Below the pieces are notes generated by a model. The model made no database searches. It had not been told where the DNA came from and worked only from the letters and a program-made list of their open reading frames with translations. The position numbers and the translations under genes are program-made. 64,000 nt of DNA, from positions 224,001 to 288,000 of the forward strand of contig OZ251539.1 in assembly GCA_965243135.1 (NCBI GenBank), read 5' to 3'. Source of the stretch: Alphaproteobacteria bacterium (GTDB taxonomy: Bacteria; Pseudomonadota; Alphaproteobacteria; MPNO01; UBA830). This document shows positions 47,140-58,358 of the stretch, one piece after another; position 1 is the stretch's first letter; each line of letters begins with the position of its first letter.

Positions 47140-50100
47140 ATGAACGCAACGAAGACGGCGCGCCTCGGCCTCGCCGGGGGCCTCGCCCTGCTGGCGGCGG
47201 CATTCCTCCTCGCGCCGGGCGAGGCGCGGGCGGCCGACGAGTGCGGGGGGGCGATTTCCACCACGGTCACGAGCCGCACCTGCACCGCCACGACCTACAC
47301 CAACGGCATCATCTACCGGGACGTGGAACCCGGCGCGACCGCCGTCGCCACGGTCATCGTGCCGGGCGCCGCGACGGCGTGGACGGTCACCTCCGGGTCC
47401 GGGACCGGACTCGCGGGGAACGGCATCGCCCTGGCCAACCCGACCAGCCCCGTCGCCGGCGGCGGCCTCGCGCTCACGGTCGGCGGCGCCAGCGCCACCG
47501 CCAACAGGGTGAACATCCGCCAGCGCTCGTCCGGCCAGCCCTCCGGCACCGACGTCAACAACGGCATCTTCCTCCAAAACCGGTTCACGGGCGCGTCCAC
47601 GACGATGGTGACCGTTAAGGACGGCGTGACCATCGGGACGGATAGCGCCAGGATGCTTGGCTCGGGCATCGCCGCCGACGTGTTGCGCGGCTCCGGCGCG
47701 GCCGAGCTCACCAGCGCGGCCGAGATCCATTCGACGGAGAACGGCATCTCCCTCCTGAGGGGAGGGCAGTCCCACACCACGGCCGCCACGACCATCACCA
47801 ACACCGGCGCCATCTCGGCGGGAACATGGGGCATCCGTTTGCAATACCAGGTCGGCGACGCGACCAACGACGGCGACGCCAAGATCACCAACCACGGCGC
47901 CATCACGAAGCACGCCGGAGCGGCGGAGCACAGCGCCATCTATATGGATTATCAGGGCCGCGGCGCCGCCACGATCACCAACCACGGCGACATCACCGCC
48001 ACCGCCTCGGGCGTCACCTCGGGGTACGGCATCCATCTCGAATATAGCGCCGCCGGCTCGGGCGCCGCGCGGATCACCAACCACGGCGACATCGCGTCGA
48101 AGAACAACGCGATCTTTCTCAGATACCAGGGCGCGGGCGACGCCAAGATCATCAACAGCGGCGCCATCACCGCCACCCTGGGCACCGCGTCAGGCATCAA
48201 TCTGACGCACACGGGCTCCACCGGCGCCGCCACGGTCACCAACAGCGGCGACATCACGTCGAGCACCCTGGGCATCTCCGTCAAGACACAAGAGAAGACG
48301 GCCACCGGCTCGAACGCCGGCGCCTCCGTCATCCATTCGGACGGCCACATCGACGCTCCCACCGACGCCGGCATCCTGGTCGAGGTAGGCGAGGAACTCG
48401 AGACGATCGCCAACGCGGGCGACGCCATGCTCACGGTCACGGGCGGGTCGGTCGAATCGCGCGACGAAATCCTGGTTGCGCGGAACCGCCAGGCCGGCAA
48501 CGCCGTCATCGAAGTCTCCGAAGGCGTCACGCTGACCTCCCGGACCGGGCACGGCATCCTGGGCCACCTGCCGGCGGAGAACGTGGCGGGCGGCGTCACC
48601 ATCACCAACGCGGCGGAGATCACCGGCGCCGAGGCCGGCATCTACGCCTGGCGCCGGGCGGCCACCGGCGCCGGGGACATCTCGATCACCAACCACGGCG
48701 ACATCAAGAAGGCCGGGGACCGCGTGAATTTTGCCGGCATCTGGGTCCAGGACAGCGGAACCGGGGACGTCACGGTCACGAACGGCGGCGACATCGGCGA
48801 GGCGGGCGCCACCATGCACCAGCGCGGCATCTATGTCCTGAAGAGGGGGAGCTCGGGCGACGTCTTCGTCACGACCACCGGCGGCTCGATCATCGCGAAA
48901 GACGACGGCATCCGGGTGGCTGACAACGCCGGTCACACGGGCGCCGTCACGATCTCCAACGGCGGCGACGTCACGGCGGAGAAACCCATCCGCGCCACCA
49001 GGTTAGGCGCGGGCCCCGTCTCCTTCACCAACACCGGCGGGACCGTGCGGAGCGAGTCGGCGCACGCCATCAGCGTCACGAACAGGCTCGGCGACGCGAG
49101 CGACGTGACGGTCGACGTCTCGGGCGGGACGGTCCGGTCCCCCCACCACGCCGTCCATGCCGCCAACTTCGGCGCGGGCGACGTCATCGTCGATGTCGCC
49201 GCCGGCGCCACGCTCATCTCCGGGTCCACCGGTGCCCAGCCCCTCTCCGCGTCCATCGCCGCCGTCTCCGCCGAATTGTTCAGAGACCTGGCGTCCGACA
49301 ACCGGGTGAAGATCGCCCAGGGCGGCAGGATCGAGGGCCGCACGGGCGTCTACGCCAGGGCGGGAGGCTCCGGCGTCTTCGAGGACACGCCCGGCTACGA
49401 GGTCGCGAAGCGGGCCGAGGGGAAGCCCGACGTGATCGACGTCACGTGGACGGGCGCGTTCTCGCACGGGACGGCGGACACGGTCGCCCAGAGCGACGCG
49501 GGCCGCTACGAGGCGGCGACCGCCGCCAATTTGGTCAATTCCGCCCTGATCATAGAGGCCGAGCGCGCCACCGGCGGCGTCTACGGCTCGGCGGCGGGGG
49601 TCGAGGCGCAGGTCATGTCCCGGGGAGAGGTGAGAGCGGCAGTGGCGGCGAGCGACGACCCGGGCGCGATCGCGGACAAGGCCGCGCAGGACGCGCTGCT
49701 GGCGGCGGACGGCGACGCTTCGCGAAGGACGGCCATCCTGGAGCAGTTCAAGGCGGCGCTGGGGAACGAGGAGATCGACGCGGCGGCGATATTCGAGGCC
49801 ATCAAGACGGGCGCGACGAGCCTGGACGACGTGACGGACGAGGAGATCGCGGCGTATCTGGGCGCGCCCGACCGGACCACCAGGGGCGTGCTGCGCAACG
49901 TGCTGGCGCTGGGCCTCTCGGACGGGGAGAAGGCAGTGCTGAAGGCGGTGGCGACGGGCGGCGACGTGGACGCCGCGCTCACGGCCGCGGGCTTCGCGGA
50001 CGACCCCGCTGACGACGAGGACTACTGGAGCAGGGTGATGGCGCTGCTCGACCGCTACAACCCGGGCAACATCAAGATCGCCATGACCGGGGGCTCCATC

Positions 50101-51819
50101 GACTCGCGCGGCGACGGCATCCGCGCCTACTACACGACGCCCCACGACAACAACGGGGCCATTTCCGTCACCGTCGCCGACGGCGCGACCGTCACCGGCG
50201 GCATGGCCGGCATCTACGTCGCCAACGCGGGGCTGGATGCGGGCGTCGACGGGACCGTCGGGACCGCCGACGACATCCTGAAGCAGACCGTCGAGGTGAA
50301 CGGAATGGTGACGGGCGGCGCGGACGCGGCCGTTCATCTCGTGGGCGGCGGCACGCTGACCGTCGGCGAGACGGGCAAGGTGCACGCTGGCGAAGGTTCT
50401 TCGCGTCCGGCGATCCTGGTCAACGATCCCGGACGGTCGGTAATCCGGATCCATGGCGAGGTCAGGGGCAGCGCAGGCGCGGACGCGGCGGTGCATCTGA
50501 ACGGCGGCGGCAGCGTCGCCGTCGGTCCGAAGGGCCGCGTGGAAGCCAACGGAGCGGCTCTCGCGATCAGGGCCGACGGCGCGCCGACTCAGGTGACCGT
50601 GCTCCAGGACCCCGATCTCGCCAACGAGGGGGGCCTCACGCAGGATGGCGTCAATGACGCGTTGGTTAGGCTGGGCACCGTCGGCGGCGACACCGTCGTC
50701 GAGAGCGACTTGGGAGAGCCATTGCCGAACGCCATTGCCGTTCGGGTCCGCGAGACGACGCCGGACGGCGATCCCACCGGCTACGAGAGGCGGGGGACGA
50801 TCAACGATGACAACAGTATCAGCGTCAACACCGAGGGGCTTCCGAAAGGTCCTCCGGACCCCATGCCCTCCGGTCCGATGCTTTCCGGCCCGGACGACGC
50901 CACCGTCTTCGGTTCTTGCGAAGGGGTGCCGCGCTGCCGCCTTTACGAGGCGCTGCCGTCGGCGCTGCTGGCGATGAACGGACTCCCGACCTACGGGGAG
51001 CGCATGGCGGCGGCGCGGGACGGCGCCGGCGGCTGGGCGCGGATCGACGGCGCGGGCGGCGAGTGGAAGGCGAAGACCGCGACGCAGCCGAACGTCGCCT
51101 TCGACTACCGCCGGTACGGCGTGCAGGCGGGGGTGGACTTCGCGGTGGGCGGCGACAGGCGGTTCGGCCTGTCGCTGCGCGGGCTGCAGGGTTCGGCGGA
51201 GATGGCGGGGTCCGGCGGCGAGATCGATCTGTCGGGGGTCGGCGCGGGCGCGCACGGCACGGCGTTCCTCGGCGGCGGCTTCCACGTGGACGCGCAGGCG
51301 ATGGCGACCTGGTACGACGTCAAGCTGACCTCCGGCCGGAACGCGGTTCTGAAGGACGGCGCGAAGGCTCTGGGGCTGGCTCTCGGCGTCGAGGTCGGGC
51401 GGCGGATAGACATGGGCGACGGCCTGACCGTGATGCCCGGCGCCGGCCTGGCGTGGTCGGACGTGTCTCTGGACTTCACGGACACGATAGGCAGCGGCGG
51501 AGCCCGGGTGTCGGTGGAAGACGCGCGGAGCTTCGCGGGCCGCGCCGGGTTGCGCGCAGAGGCGCAACTGGAGAACGGCTTGCGGCTGTCCGGCTCGGTG
51601 GAGGCGACGCGCGAGTTCGCGGAGGCGCGGACGGCGAAGATCTCGAACGTCGCGCTGAAGACGACCGAGGCGCAGAAGACCGGGGTCCGCCTCGGGGTCG
51701 GCGGCGCGCGCAGCTGGGAGGACGGCCGCTACGCGCTGCGCGCCTCCGCCGGATACGCTGTCCGCGGCAACGGCAACGGCGAATTCCACGGCGGGGTCAA
51801 CCTCGCGATGCGCTTCTGA
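47140..51819 (+). CDS. Large autotransporter, paralogue of 6550-10635
   Basis: RBS GGAGGA, signal peptide ...FLLAPGEARA, ITNHGDI repeats, barrel ending LAMRF. Confidence 0.93.
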   Translation: MNATKTARLGLAGGLALLAAAFLLAPGEARAADECGGAISTTVTSRTCTATTYTNGIIYRDVEPGATAVATVIVPGAATAWTVTSGSGTGLAGNGIALANPTSPVAGGGLALTVGGASATANRVNIRQRSSGQPSGTDVNNGIFLQNRFTGASTTMVTVKDGVTIGTDSARMLGSGIAADVLRGSGAAELTSAAEIHSTENGISLLRGGQSHTTAATTITNTGAISAGTWGIRLQYQVGDATNDGDAKITNHGAITKHAGAAEHSAIYMDYQGRGAATITNHGDITATASGVTSGYGIHLEYSAAGSGAARITNHGDIASKNNAIFLRYQGAGDAKIINSGAITATLGTASGINLTHTGSTGAATVTNSGDITSSTLGISVKTQEKTATGSNAGASVIHSDGHIDAPTDAGILVEVGEELETIANAGDAMLTVTGGSVESRDEILVARNRQAGNAVIEVSEGVTLTSRTGHGILGHLPAENVAGGVTITNAAEITGAEAGIYAWRRAATGAGDISITNHGDIKKAGDRVNFAGIWVQDSGTGDVTVTNGGDIGEAGATMHQRGIYVLKRGSSGDVFVTTTGGSIIAKDDGIRVADNAGHTGAVTISNGGDVTAEKPIRATRLGAGPVSFTNTGGTVRSESAHAISVTNRLGDASDVTVDVSGGTVRSPHHAVHAANFGAGDVIVDVAAGATLISGSTGAQPLSASIAAVSAELFRDLASDNRVKIAQGGRIEGRTGVYARAGGSGVFEDTPGYEVAKRAEGKPDVIDVTWTGAFSHGTADTVAQSDAGRYEAATAANLVNSALIIEAERATGGVYGSAAGVEAQVMSRGEVRAAVAASDDPGAIADKAAQDALLAADGDASRRTAILEQFKAALGNEEIDAAAIFEAIKTGATSLDDVTDEEIAAYLGAPDRTTRGVLRNVLALGLSDGEKAVLKAVATGGDVDAALTAAGFADDPADDEDYWSRVMALLDRYNPGNIKIAMTGGSIDSRGDGIRAYYTTPHDNNGAISVTVADGATVTGGMAGIYVANAGLDAGVDGTVGTADDILKQTVEVNGMVTGGADAAVHLVGGGTLTVGETGKVHAGEGSSRPAILVNDPGRSVIRIHGEVRGSAGADAAVHLNGGGSVAVGPKGRVEANGAALAIRADGAPTQVTVLQDPDLANEGGLTQDGVNDALVRLGTVGGDTVVESDLGEPLPNAIAVRVRETTPDGDPTGYERRGTINDDNSISVNTEGLPKGPPDPMPSGPMLSGPDDATVFGSCEGVPRCRLYEALPSALLAMNGLPTYGERMAAARDGAGGWARIDGAGGEWKAKTATQPNVAFDYRRYGVQAGVDFAVGGDRRFGLSLRGLQGSAEMAGSGGEIDLSGVGAGAHGTAFLGGGFHVDAQAMATWYDVKLTSGRNAVLKDGAKALGLALGVEVGRRIDMGDGLTVMPGAGLAWSDVSLDFTDTIGSGGARVSVEDARSFAGRAGLRAEAQLENGLRLSGSVEATREFAEARTAKISNVALKTTEAQKTGVRLGVGGARSWEDGRYALRASAGYAVRGNGNGEFHGGVNLAMRF

Positions 51820-52052
51820 AACCCCGGCGGCGGGCCGGCAACGCGCGCAGGCCCGCCGCCTCCCCGCCAGTCCGGCGCGCTCCCGGCCGCCGTCAAAGGC
51901 GTCGCTCCGCGACGGAACGGGAACCTTCCGTGGTTCCGGCCGCCTCGAAAGCTTCACGAGCCAGCGGAAACCGGTGCGTCGGCGACACGCTGCCAGGCGC
52001 CGGACGGCATCGCGAAACCCCCGGTTGGCGAAGCCCACGATTTCAGGCTCCC
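51760..52052 (+). repeat. Autotransporter 3' end plus downstream module, copy 3
   Basis: Similar to 10575-10875 and 18002-18310. Confidence 0.85.
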
Positions 52053-52129
52053 CAGTCCTGTCGAGACCCGCCTCGCGCGGCGATCCCTCCGGTCCATTGC
52101 GCTGGACATGCAGTGCCGCGCGCCCGGCG

Positions 52130-54530
52130 CAGCAACTTCGGGCGGCCGGTCACCGGGTCGGCGAGCGTACGGTGAACGCTCCACGATGCGGGCTACAATC
52201 TGCAGGCCAGCCGGAAAACGCTTGAAGGCGATCGGCGCCCGGCCGCGCAGTACGTCAATCGGCGCGCGAAGGCTTTTCAGAGGTTGGGTCAGCCGGTCGG
52301 TTGACGCGAAAAAGAAGGAAAGAATGACGGCGGGGAGTGGAAGGGACGGCCTGAACCGGTCCAGGTTCACGATTTTCAGATGCTCGGAAAAGCGCTTCCC
52401 TGCGGCGTTTTGACGAACGACGCGGGGTGGGCGAGCGTCGCCGTCGCCGCGGCGACGCTCGCCGTCGAAACGTTGCGCCGGTGGTGGCGTAAAATGGGAT
52501 GTCACCCGGGGCGCGCCGTCTGCTGATTGCGGCCGATGGCGTCGAACGGCAGCCGCAACCGCTTGTGGATATGGGAGTTGCAAAAGCTTGCCGACGATAC
52601 CGGCCTCCGGATCTCCGTTTGCCGATTTCCGCCCGGGACGAGAAAGTGGAACGACAGAAATTCCCGCTAAGGTGGCCGCCCTTTGCGAAAGGCGCGTCGA
52701 GATAGTGTCGTTACCGAGGGACCAGCCGCCGCGACGCACCTTCCCCGCTTCGGCTTGGCGCCGACTTAGCCTTGACCATCCTGTTTCCCCTGAAAAACTT
52801 GCTTTGGCACATTCGGTCACGGTGCCAGGTCAGGAGGTGTCGTAGGGAATTCCCTCTGCTTTCCGGTATCCAAACGCGATCATAGAGCGTTTCCCAGTCC
52901 TTCAGGAAGTATTCGAGAAACAATCCCCGCACCTTTTCCCAGAAGTAAATGGACCGCTTGGCCTTCTTTTGCGCCTGTTGGAACAGTTTGCAACATCGCT
53001 GTTGAATCTGGTCAATCAGGAACGCCAGCATCATCAGGAACGCAAAGACCGTCGACAGATTCTTGTTACCGTGACCGAAGTTGTGCTCAAAGCAGTAGCC
53101 TTGGTTCTTCAGGGTGTTGAAAGTTTCGTTCTCGATCTTCCAGCGCGCTCGACCGGTGCGCATCAACTCCATCAGGTTCCCTTCGTCGATTGGCAGATCC
53201 GTGACCCAGGAGAAACGTTGTTTCTTGCCGTTTGGAAGCTTCTCCCAGTATTCGAGAAAGTTCACTTTGAGGTCGAAGTGCGTATCGTTCAGAGGCACTC
53301 CGTTGAGATACCGGAATTCGTGCCGTATGTTGTCCTCGTCCGTGAACTCCCGGCGCTCCACGGACAGCGCGTTGTTGACCCACTCGAACAGGAACTTGTG
53401 GTCGCCGGGCTTCGCCCCCAGTATGAAACGCATGTCTAACTCCTTGAGAAGATTGACATGTGGTCCATTCGAGGCCAGCCCATCCTCCAGCACGACCAGC
53501 TTCAGGCGCGGGTGTTCGCGACGCACATCTTCCAGAAGCCGTTTCGCCGCATTGCGTTCGCAATCGTTCTTTTTTGCGCCGTCTTCCTTCAGGATCGGTT
53601 CCGGCGCAAACGGAAAAACCTCCTTCTGTTCCGGATGCACCAGTACGGCTCCCAACATCTGGTGATAGTAGGTAATCGTAGCGTCGCGATGGTGTTTCTC
53701 TCAGCAGTTTTTACAGTGCACCTTGTCCGACGAGAAGTATCCCGTTCCGTCAATCGAAAGAGCATAATAGCCGTTCAGACAAGTGTATTCTTCCAACCCC
53801 TTCCCTCGTTGCAAAACTTGGAACAGCTTCGTGAAACAACGCCGCAATTGCCGCGGACAGACTTCGTCAAGACGTTCTCGCCTGTCCGACGGTACGCGTT
53901 TGATGCCGTACAGGGTCGCGAGGTTGTGCCGAACCGCTTCGTCGGCATGCGCGGCTTCGTCGAATTGCAGAAGCGATGCATACTTCATACCGAACACCGC
54001 TAAACCCGACATCAGGCAGTCCGTCTGATTCAGCCCCCGGCTTGCAATCTTCGATACGGTCGAAACAAGCTCGCACTTCCTTCAGCAATCCCGGAGCGCT
54101 GAGCGTCTTGCGCATGCTTGGCATTCTGGCCATTTTGGTACAACCCCGCCTCGCCTTTGGACCACTTTCCAGAGAAAAATGCTCCGCTTGAAGGCAAATA
54201 GCCCCGAATCGCCTCGAAAAGTCCACGAAAGATTTTTTTCAGACTCCATATTTTGCAAGGGTTTCGAGCCTTAGCGGGAATTGCTGGTGGAACGAAATCG
54301 AACGTCCTGTCGCGTCGCGCACGACTGGCGCGACCGCCCGCTGACAAGCCACGAGGTGGTGGTGAACCTCGTCGGCCCGACGAAAAGCGGCCCGACCCGC
54401 CGGTTCGAGCCGGACGAAAACGGCTCGGGGCGACCGGTGACGGAGATGGCCGGCCTGTCTCTCGAACGAGACGCCTTCCATGGAGATACGGAATCTCGCC
54501 AAAATTTGGCGGGATCCTTTTCTTTCGACG
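52130..54530 (+). pseudogene. Decayed ISAzo13-family transposase, split by the DDE IS; boundaries approximate
   Basis: GYNLQASRKTLEG, SVDAKKKE, RLW..ELQKLADDTGL.ISVC.FPPGT.KWN | EIE...WRDRPLTSHEVVVNL. Confidence 0.8.
52655..54286 (-). mobile_element. Second copy of the DDE IS (1632 bp), transposase inactivated
   Basis: Same TIRs; 9-bp target duplication GTGGAACGA at 52646-52654 and 54287-54295; TGA at 53701-53703 and small deletions relative to copy 1. Confidence 0.95.
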
Positions 54531-54679
54531 GTTGGCTGTCCGCCCTCGCGGATCCGCGGGCGGCCGGCCCACGGCGCGGACGGCAGCCAAAAAAATGGCG
54601 CGGCGCGAACGCCTCGTCATTGACAAGGCGGCGGTCGGCGCTAAATTTCCGCGAGTTTCACCGCTGCCGGAAGGTCCAG

Positions 54680-54940
54680 ATGGCCGAAGTCGAAATCTAT
54701 TCCAGCTTGCGTTGCCCGTTCTGTCGCCGCGCCAAGAAGCTCCTGTCGGGCAAGGGGGTTTCCTTCAAGGAAATCGAGGTCGATTGGGACGCCGCTCTCC
54801 GCGATGAAATGGTGAAACGGTCGAACGGCGCTCAAACCGTCCCTCAGGTGTTTATCGACGGCAAGCATGTCGGCGGTTCCGACGAGCTTGCGGCGCTCGA
54901 TCGGGCAGGGGACCTCGATCGGATGCTCGGTCTGAACTGA
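54680..54940 (+). CDS. grxC: Glutaredoxin 3
   Basis: CPFC, TVPQVFI, GGSDEL. Confidence 0.95.
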   Translation: MAEVEIYSSLRCPFCRRAKKLLSGKGVSFKEIEVDWDAALRDEMVKRSNGAQTVPQVFIDGKHVGGSDELAALDRAGDLDRMLGLN

Positions 54941-55170
54941 AGGCCGGAATTCACGTTCGAAGCAGGCGCCTCCGCGCGGGCGAGCGGGCACGGATCCGCC
55001 TTGACGCCCGTCGCTCCGGGCGCGCCGTGACGAACTCCCTTTCCCGAAAGGTTTTTCGTCTTTCCGCCTTGACCGCGCAACGCCGCGCCCTTCGCCGGTC
55101 CAGGGCGGCTGCGTCTTGCCGGCCGCGCCGTCGCGGGAGAAGCCGCGACGGGCCTGCGGATGGCGGACCG

Positions 55171-55983
55171 CTATTGCCGGTCGCGAAGCATGTCCATCAG
55201 CGGCTTCTGCTGGCCGCCGTCGATCTCGATCATGGTTCCGTTGACGAAATGCGCGAGCGGCGACGCGAGGTAGGACACGAGATTGCCCACCTCTTCGGGC
55301 TCCGCGATGCGGCCGAGCGGAATGCTGCGCGGCGCGAGCTTGTCGGCCTCCTCGACGGTCAGATTCATGTCGCGAGCCATCGCTTCCACCAGCCCGGTCC
55401 AACGCTCGGTCCGGACCGGCCCCGGGTTGACCGCGACGAAGGTGATGTTCTCCTTTCCGTATTGGCCGGCGAGCGAAAGCGTCAGGTTCTGACCGGCGGC
55501 GTTCGCGGCCCCGGGGGCGATCTCCCAATAGGAATGCTTGAGCCCGTCATTGCCGATAAGGTTAACGATCCGTCCGCCGCCCTGTTTGCGCATATGCGGA
55601 ACGGCGTGCTTCGTGCAGCGCACGTACCCCATGAACTTGAGCTGCAGCGCCGACTCCCACGCCTCCTCGTCGAGGAATTCCAGCACGCCGCCGGGAGCCG
55701 ATCCGGCGTTGTTGACCAGAATGTCCAGCCGCCCGAAATGTTCGACGGTTTTCTCGACGAAGTTGCGGGCGTCCTCCGGATTCGTCAGGTCGGCGGGAAT
55801 GGCGATCACTTCCGAACCGGTCTCGTCCGACAGCTCGGACGCCGCCGCCTGCAGGCGCTGTTCGTTCCGGGCGCAGATCGCGACGCGTCCGCCTTCGCGT
55901 GCGAGACAACGGGCGATCGCCTTGCCGATCCCCAAGCTGCCGCCGGTGACGGCGGCGATCTTGCCTGTCAGTTGAAGATCCAT
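55171..55983 (-). CDS. Short-chain dehydrogenase/reductase (atypical catalytic motif)
   Basis: TGGSLGIG, LVNNAG; YxxxK not evident (PGAANAA). Confidence 0.92.
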   Translation of the reverse strand: MDLQLTGKIAAVTGGSLGIGKAIARCLAREGGRVAICARNEQRLQAAASELSDETGSEVIAIPADLTNPEDARNFVEKTVEHFGRLDILVNNAGSAPGGVLEFLDEEAWESALQLKFMGYVRCTKHAVPHMRKQGGGRIVNLIGNDGLKHSYWEIAPGAANAAGQNLTLSLAGQYGKENITFVAVNPGPVRTERWTGLVEAMARDMNLTVEEADKLAPRSIPLGRIAEPEEVGNLVSYLASPLAHFVNGTMIEIDGGQQKPLMDMLRDRQ

Positions 55984-56066
55984 CGGTCTTTCTCCCGCGT
56001 TGCGCATTGTCCGGGCGATTCATATCCTGTTTGAAAATAATCCCAAACCGGAGAGATCCGCAACGG

Positions 56067-58358
56067 ATGGTCAGCGTTATCGGCAAGTCGGCGAAGCGGA
56101 TCGAGGATCCCCGGTTTTTGACCGGACGGGCGCGCTTCGTGGACGACATTCATCCGTCCGGAGCCGCGGAGATGGCCTTGTTCCGGTCTTCGTTCGCGCA
56201 TGCGGCCATCCGTTCGATCGACCTCTCGGCGGCGCGCGCGGCGCCGGGCGTGGTCGATGCGTTTTGCGCCGGGGATCTTGCGCGCGAACTGCCGGAAATC
56301 CCGATCCGGCTGGCTCCCTTTCCGGGCTTGGCGAATTTCCTGCAGCGGCCGCTCGCCCGGAACAAGGTTCGTTACGTCGGAGAGCCGATGGCCGTCATCG
56401 TAGCGGAAAGCCGCTACCAGGCGGAGGATGCGGTTGCGCTGGTCGAGGTCGAATGGGAACCGTTGCAGCCGGTGACCGCGAAGGACGACGCAGTGCGGGG
56501 CGCCTCGCTGCTGTTCGAATCCGCCGGAACGAATGTCGGCGCCGCCTACAGGGTGGCGCGCGGGGATGCCGATTCCGCTTTCCGCCAGGCGGAATATACG
56601 CGGCGGGAAACCTTCGGAATCCAGCGGCAAAGCCCGCTGCCGATGGAGACCCGCGGCTTGATCGCGGAATTCGATCCGGGCGCGCCCTTCCTGCGCGTCA
56701 CGGGCGCCACCAAGGTAACTTGGTTCAACCGGCGCCATCTCGCGGCCGCCTTCGGCATCCCGGTGGAGGCGGTCGAACTGATCGAGGTGGATGTCGGCGG
56801 CGGCTTCGGCGCTCGGGGCGAACTCTACCCCGAGGATTATCTGGCGCCCATCGCCAGCGGACGCGTCGGTCGCCCCGTGAAGTGGATCGAGGATCGGCGC
56901 GAACATCTGATCGCCGCGAATCATTCGCGCGAACTCGACTGCGTTCTGGAAGTGGCGGCGACCCGTACCGGCGTCATCCTCGGCATGCGGGCCCGGGTGC
57001 GCGGTGACCTGGGCGCCTATGTCCGCACCAATGGAGGAGTCGCGCCGTCGCGGGCGGCCCAGTTTCTGCCGGGTCCGTACCGCATACCTGCGTTTTCCTG
57101 CGACATGCAAGCGGTGCTGACCAACAAGACGCCGTCCGGCACCTATCGCGGACCCGGCAGATTCGAAGCCAATTTCTGTCGCGAGCGATTGATCGACATG
57201 ATGGCGGCGGACCTGGATCTCGACCCCGCGGAAGTACGGCTTCGCAACCTCTTGACGCCTGCGGAACTGCCCTTTCCGCTCGGAGAACTGGTTCCCGGCG
57301 ACCGCGGCGGCGCGTACGACGGCGGAGACTATCCTGCGGCGTTCCGGCGGTTGCTGGACGACGCCGACTACGACGCCTGGAGATCCCGTCAGGGAGAGGC
57401 GGGGGCCGACGGCCGTTTGCAGGGCCTCGGCCTGGCTTGCTTTGTCGAAAGCAGCGCCGCCGGTCCGCCCGAAACCGCCAGCGTCGCCGTCGAAGCCGAC
57501 GGCCGCATCGAGATCAGGGTCGGCGCCTCGACCATGGGGCAGGGACTCGAAACCGCGATGGCGCAGATCTGCGCCGAGACGCTGGGCGCCGATATGGAGG
57601 CGATCTCCGTGCTGCACGGCTCCACGACCTTGCTGTCCGGCGGCGGCGGCACCTTCCATTCCCGCAACGCCGTCATGGCTGGCAACGCGGTTCGGTTGGC
57701 CGCCGAAGCGCTGCGCGACCGGTGCCTCGACCTTTCTGCTTTGCGGTGGAACGCCGACCGCGACGCTCTCGCGTTCGAGAACGGCGCGGTCCGCAATCCC
57801 GAAACCGGCGGTTCGCTCGAACTTGCCGAGATCGCGGAGCTCGCGCCGGACGGTCTTTCGGCCGAGGGGGCTTTCGACAACGGAGGAAAGGTCTCCTTTT
57901 CCTACGGCGCTCATGCCGCGCAGGTCGCGGTGGATCCCGAGACCGGCCATGTGGGGGTCGTGCGGTACTTCGTCGTCGAAGAAATCGGGCGGATCCTGAA
58001 TCCGGCGATGGCGCGCGGCCAGGCGGTCGGCGGCGCCGCGCAGGGAATCGGCGGCGCGTTGCTCGACAAGCTGGTGTTCGATGCGGACGGCCAGCCGCAG
58101 GCGACCAGTCTTGCGGATTATCTTGTACCCACCAGCATGGAGACCGGCGAAATTCTGCCGGTCCTTCTGGAAGACCATCCCTCGGAACTCAATCCGATGG
58201 GATTCAAGGGAGCGGGCGAGGGCGGCATCGTTGCGGTCGGAGGAGCGATAGGAAACGCCATCGTCCACGCATTGCGCGGCAAGAACGTGGAACTGCGGGA
58301 AACGCCGTTCGATCCGGTGTCGCTGCGGTCGCTGCTTGCCGAGGGAGCGCCGGAATGA
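56067..58358 (+). CDS. Xanthine dehydrogenase / CoxL-like molybdopterin-binding subunit
   Basis: RIEDPRFLTG, VGGGFG, YRGPGR, GQGLET, KGAGEGG. Confidence 0.94.
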   Translation: MVSVIGKSAKRIEDPRFLTGRARFVDDIHPSGAAEMALFRSSFAHAAIRSIDLSAARAAPGVVDAFCAGDLARELPEIPIRLAPFPGLANFLQRPLARNKVRYVGEPMAVIVAESRYQAEDAVALVEVEWEPLQPVTAKDDAVRGASLLFESAGTNVGAAYRVARGDADSAFRQAEYTRRETFGIQRQSPLPMETRGLIAEFDPGAPFLRVTGATKVTWFNRRHLAAAFGIPVEAVELIEVDVGGGFGARGELYPEDYLAPIASGRVGRPVKWIEDRREHLIAANHSRELDCVLEVAATRTGVILGMRARVRGDLGAYVRTNGGVAPSRAAQFLPGPYRIPAFSCDMQAVLTNKTPSGTYRGPGRFEANFCRERLIDMMAADLDLDPAEVRLRNLLTPAELPFPLGELVPGDRGGAYDGGDYPAAFRRLLDDADYDAWRSRQGEAGADGRLQGLGLACFVESSAAGPPETASVAVEADGRIEIRVGASTMGQGLETAMAQICAETLGADMEAISVLHGSTTLLSGGGGTFHSRNAVMAGNAVRLAAEALRDRCLDLSALRWNADRDALAFENGAVRNPETGGSLELAEIAELAPDGLSAEGAFDNGGKVSFSYGAHAAQVAVDPETGHVGVVRYFVVEEIGRILNPAMARGQAVGGAAQGIGGALLDKLVFDADGQPQATSLADYLVPTSMETGEILPVLLEDHPSELNPMGFKGAGEGGIVAVGGAIGNAIVHALRGKNVELRETPFDPVSLRSLLAEGAPE

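Noticed and set aside
6550-51819. Diversity-generating retroelement or shufflon acting on the autotransporters
   Set aside because: No reverse transcriptase or site-specific recombinase in the window; differences between tails are not adenine-specific
56067-58358. Aerobic CO dehydrogenase (coxL form I)
   Set aside because: Lacks the AYRCSFR loop and the cox accessory genes
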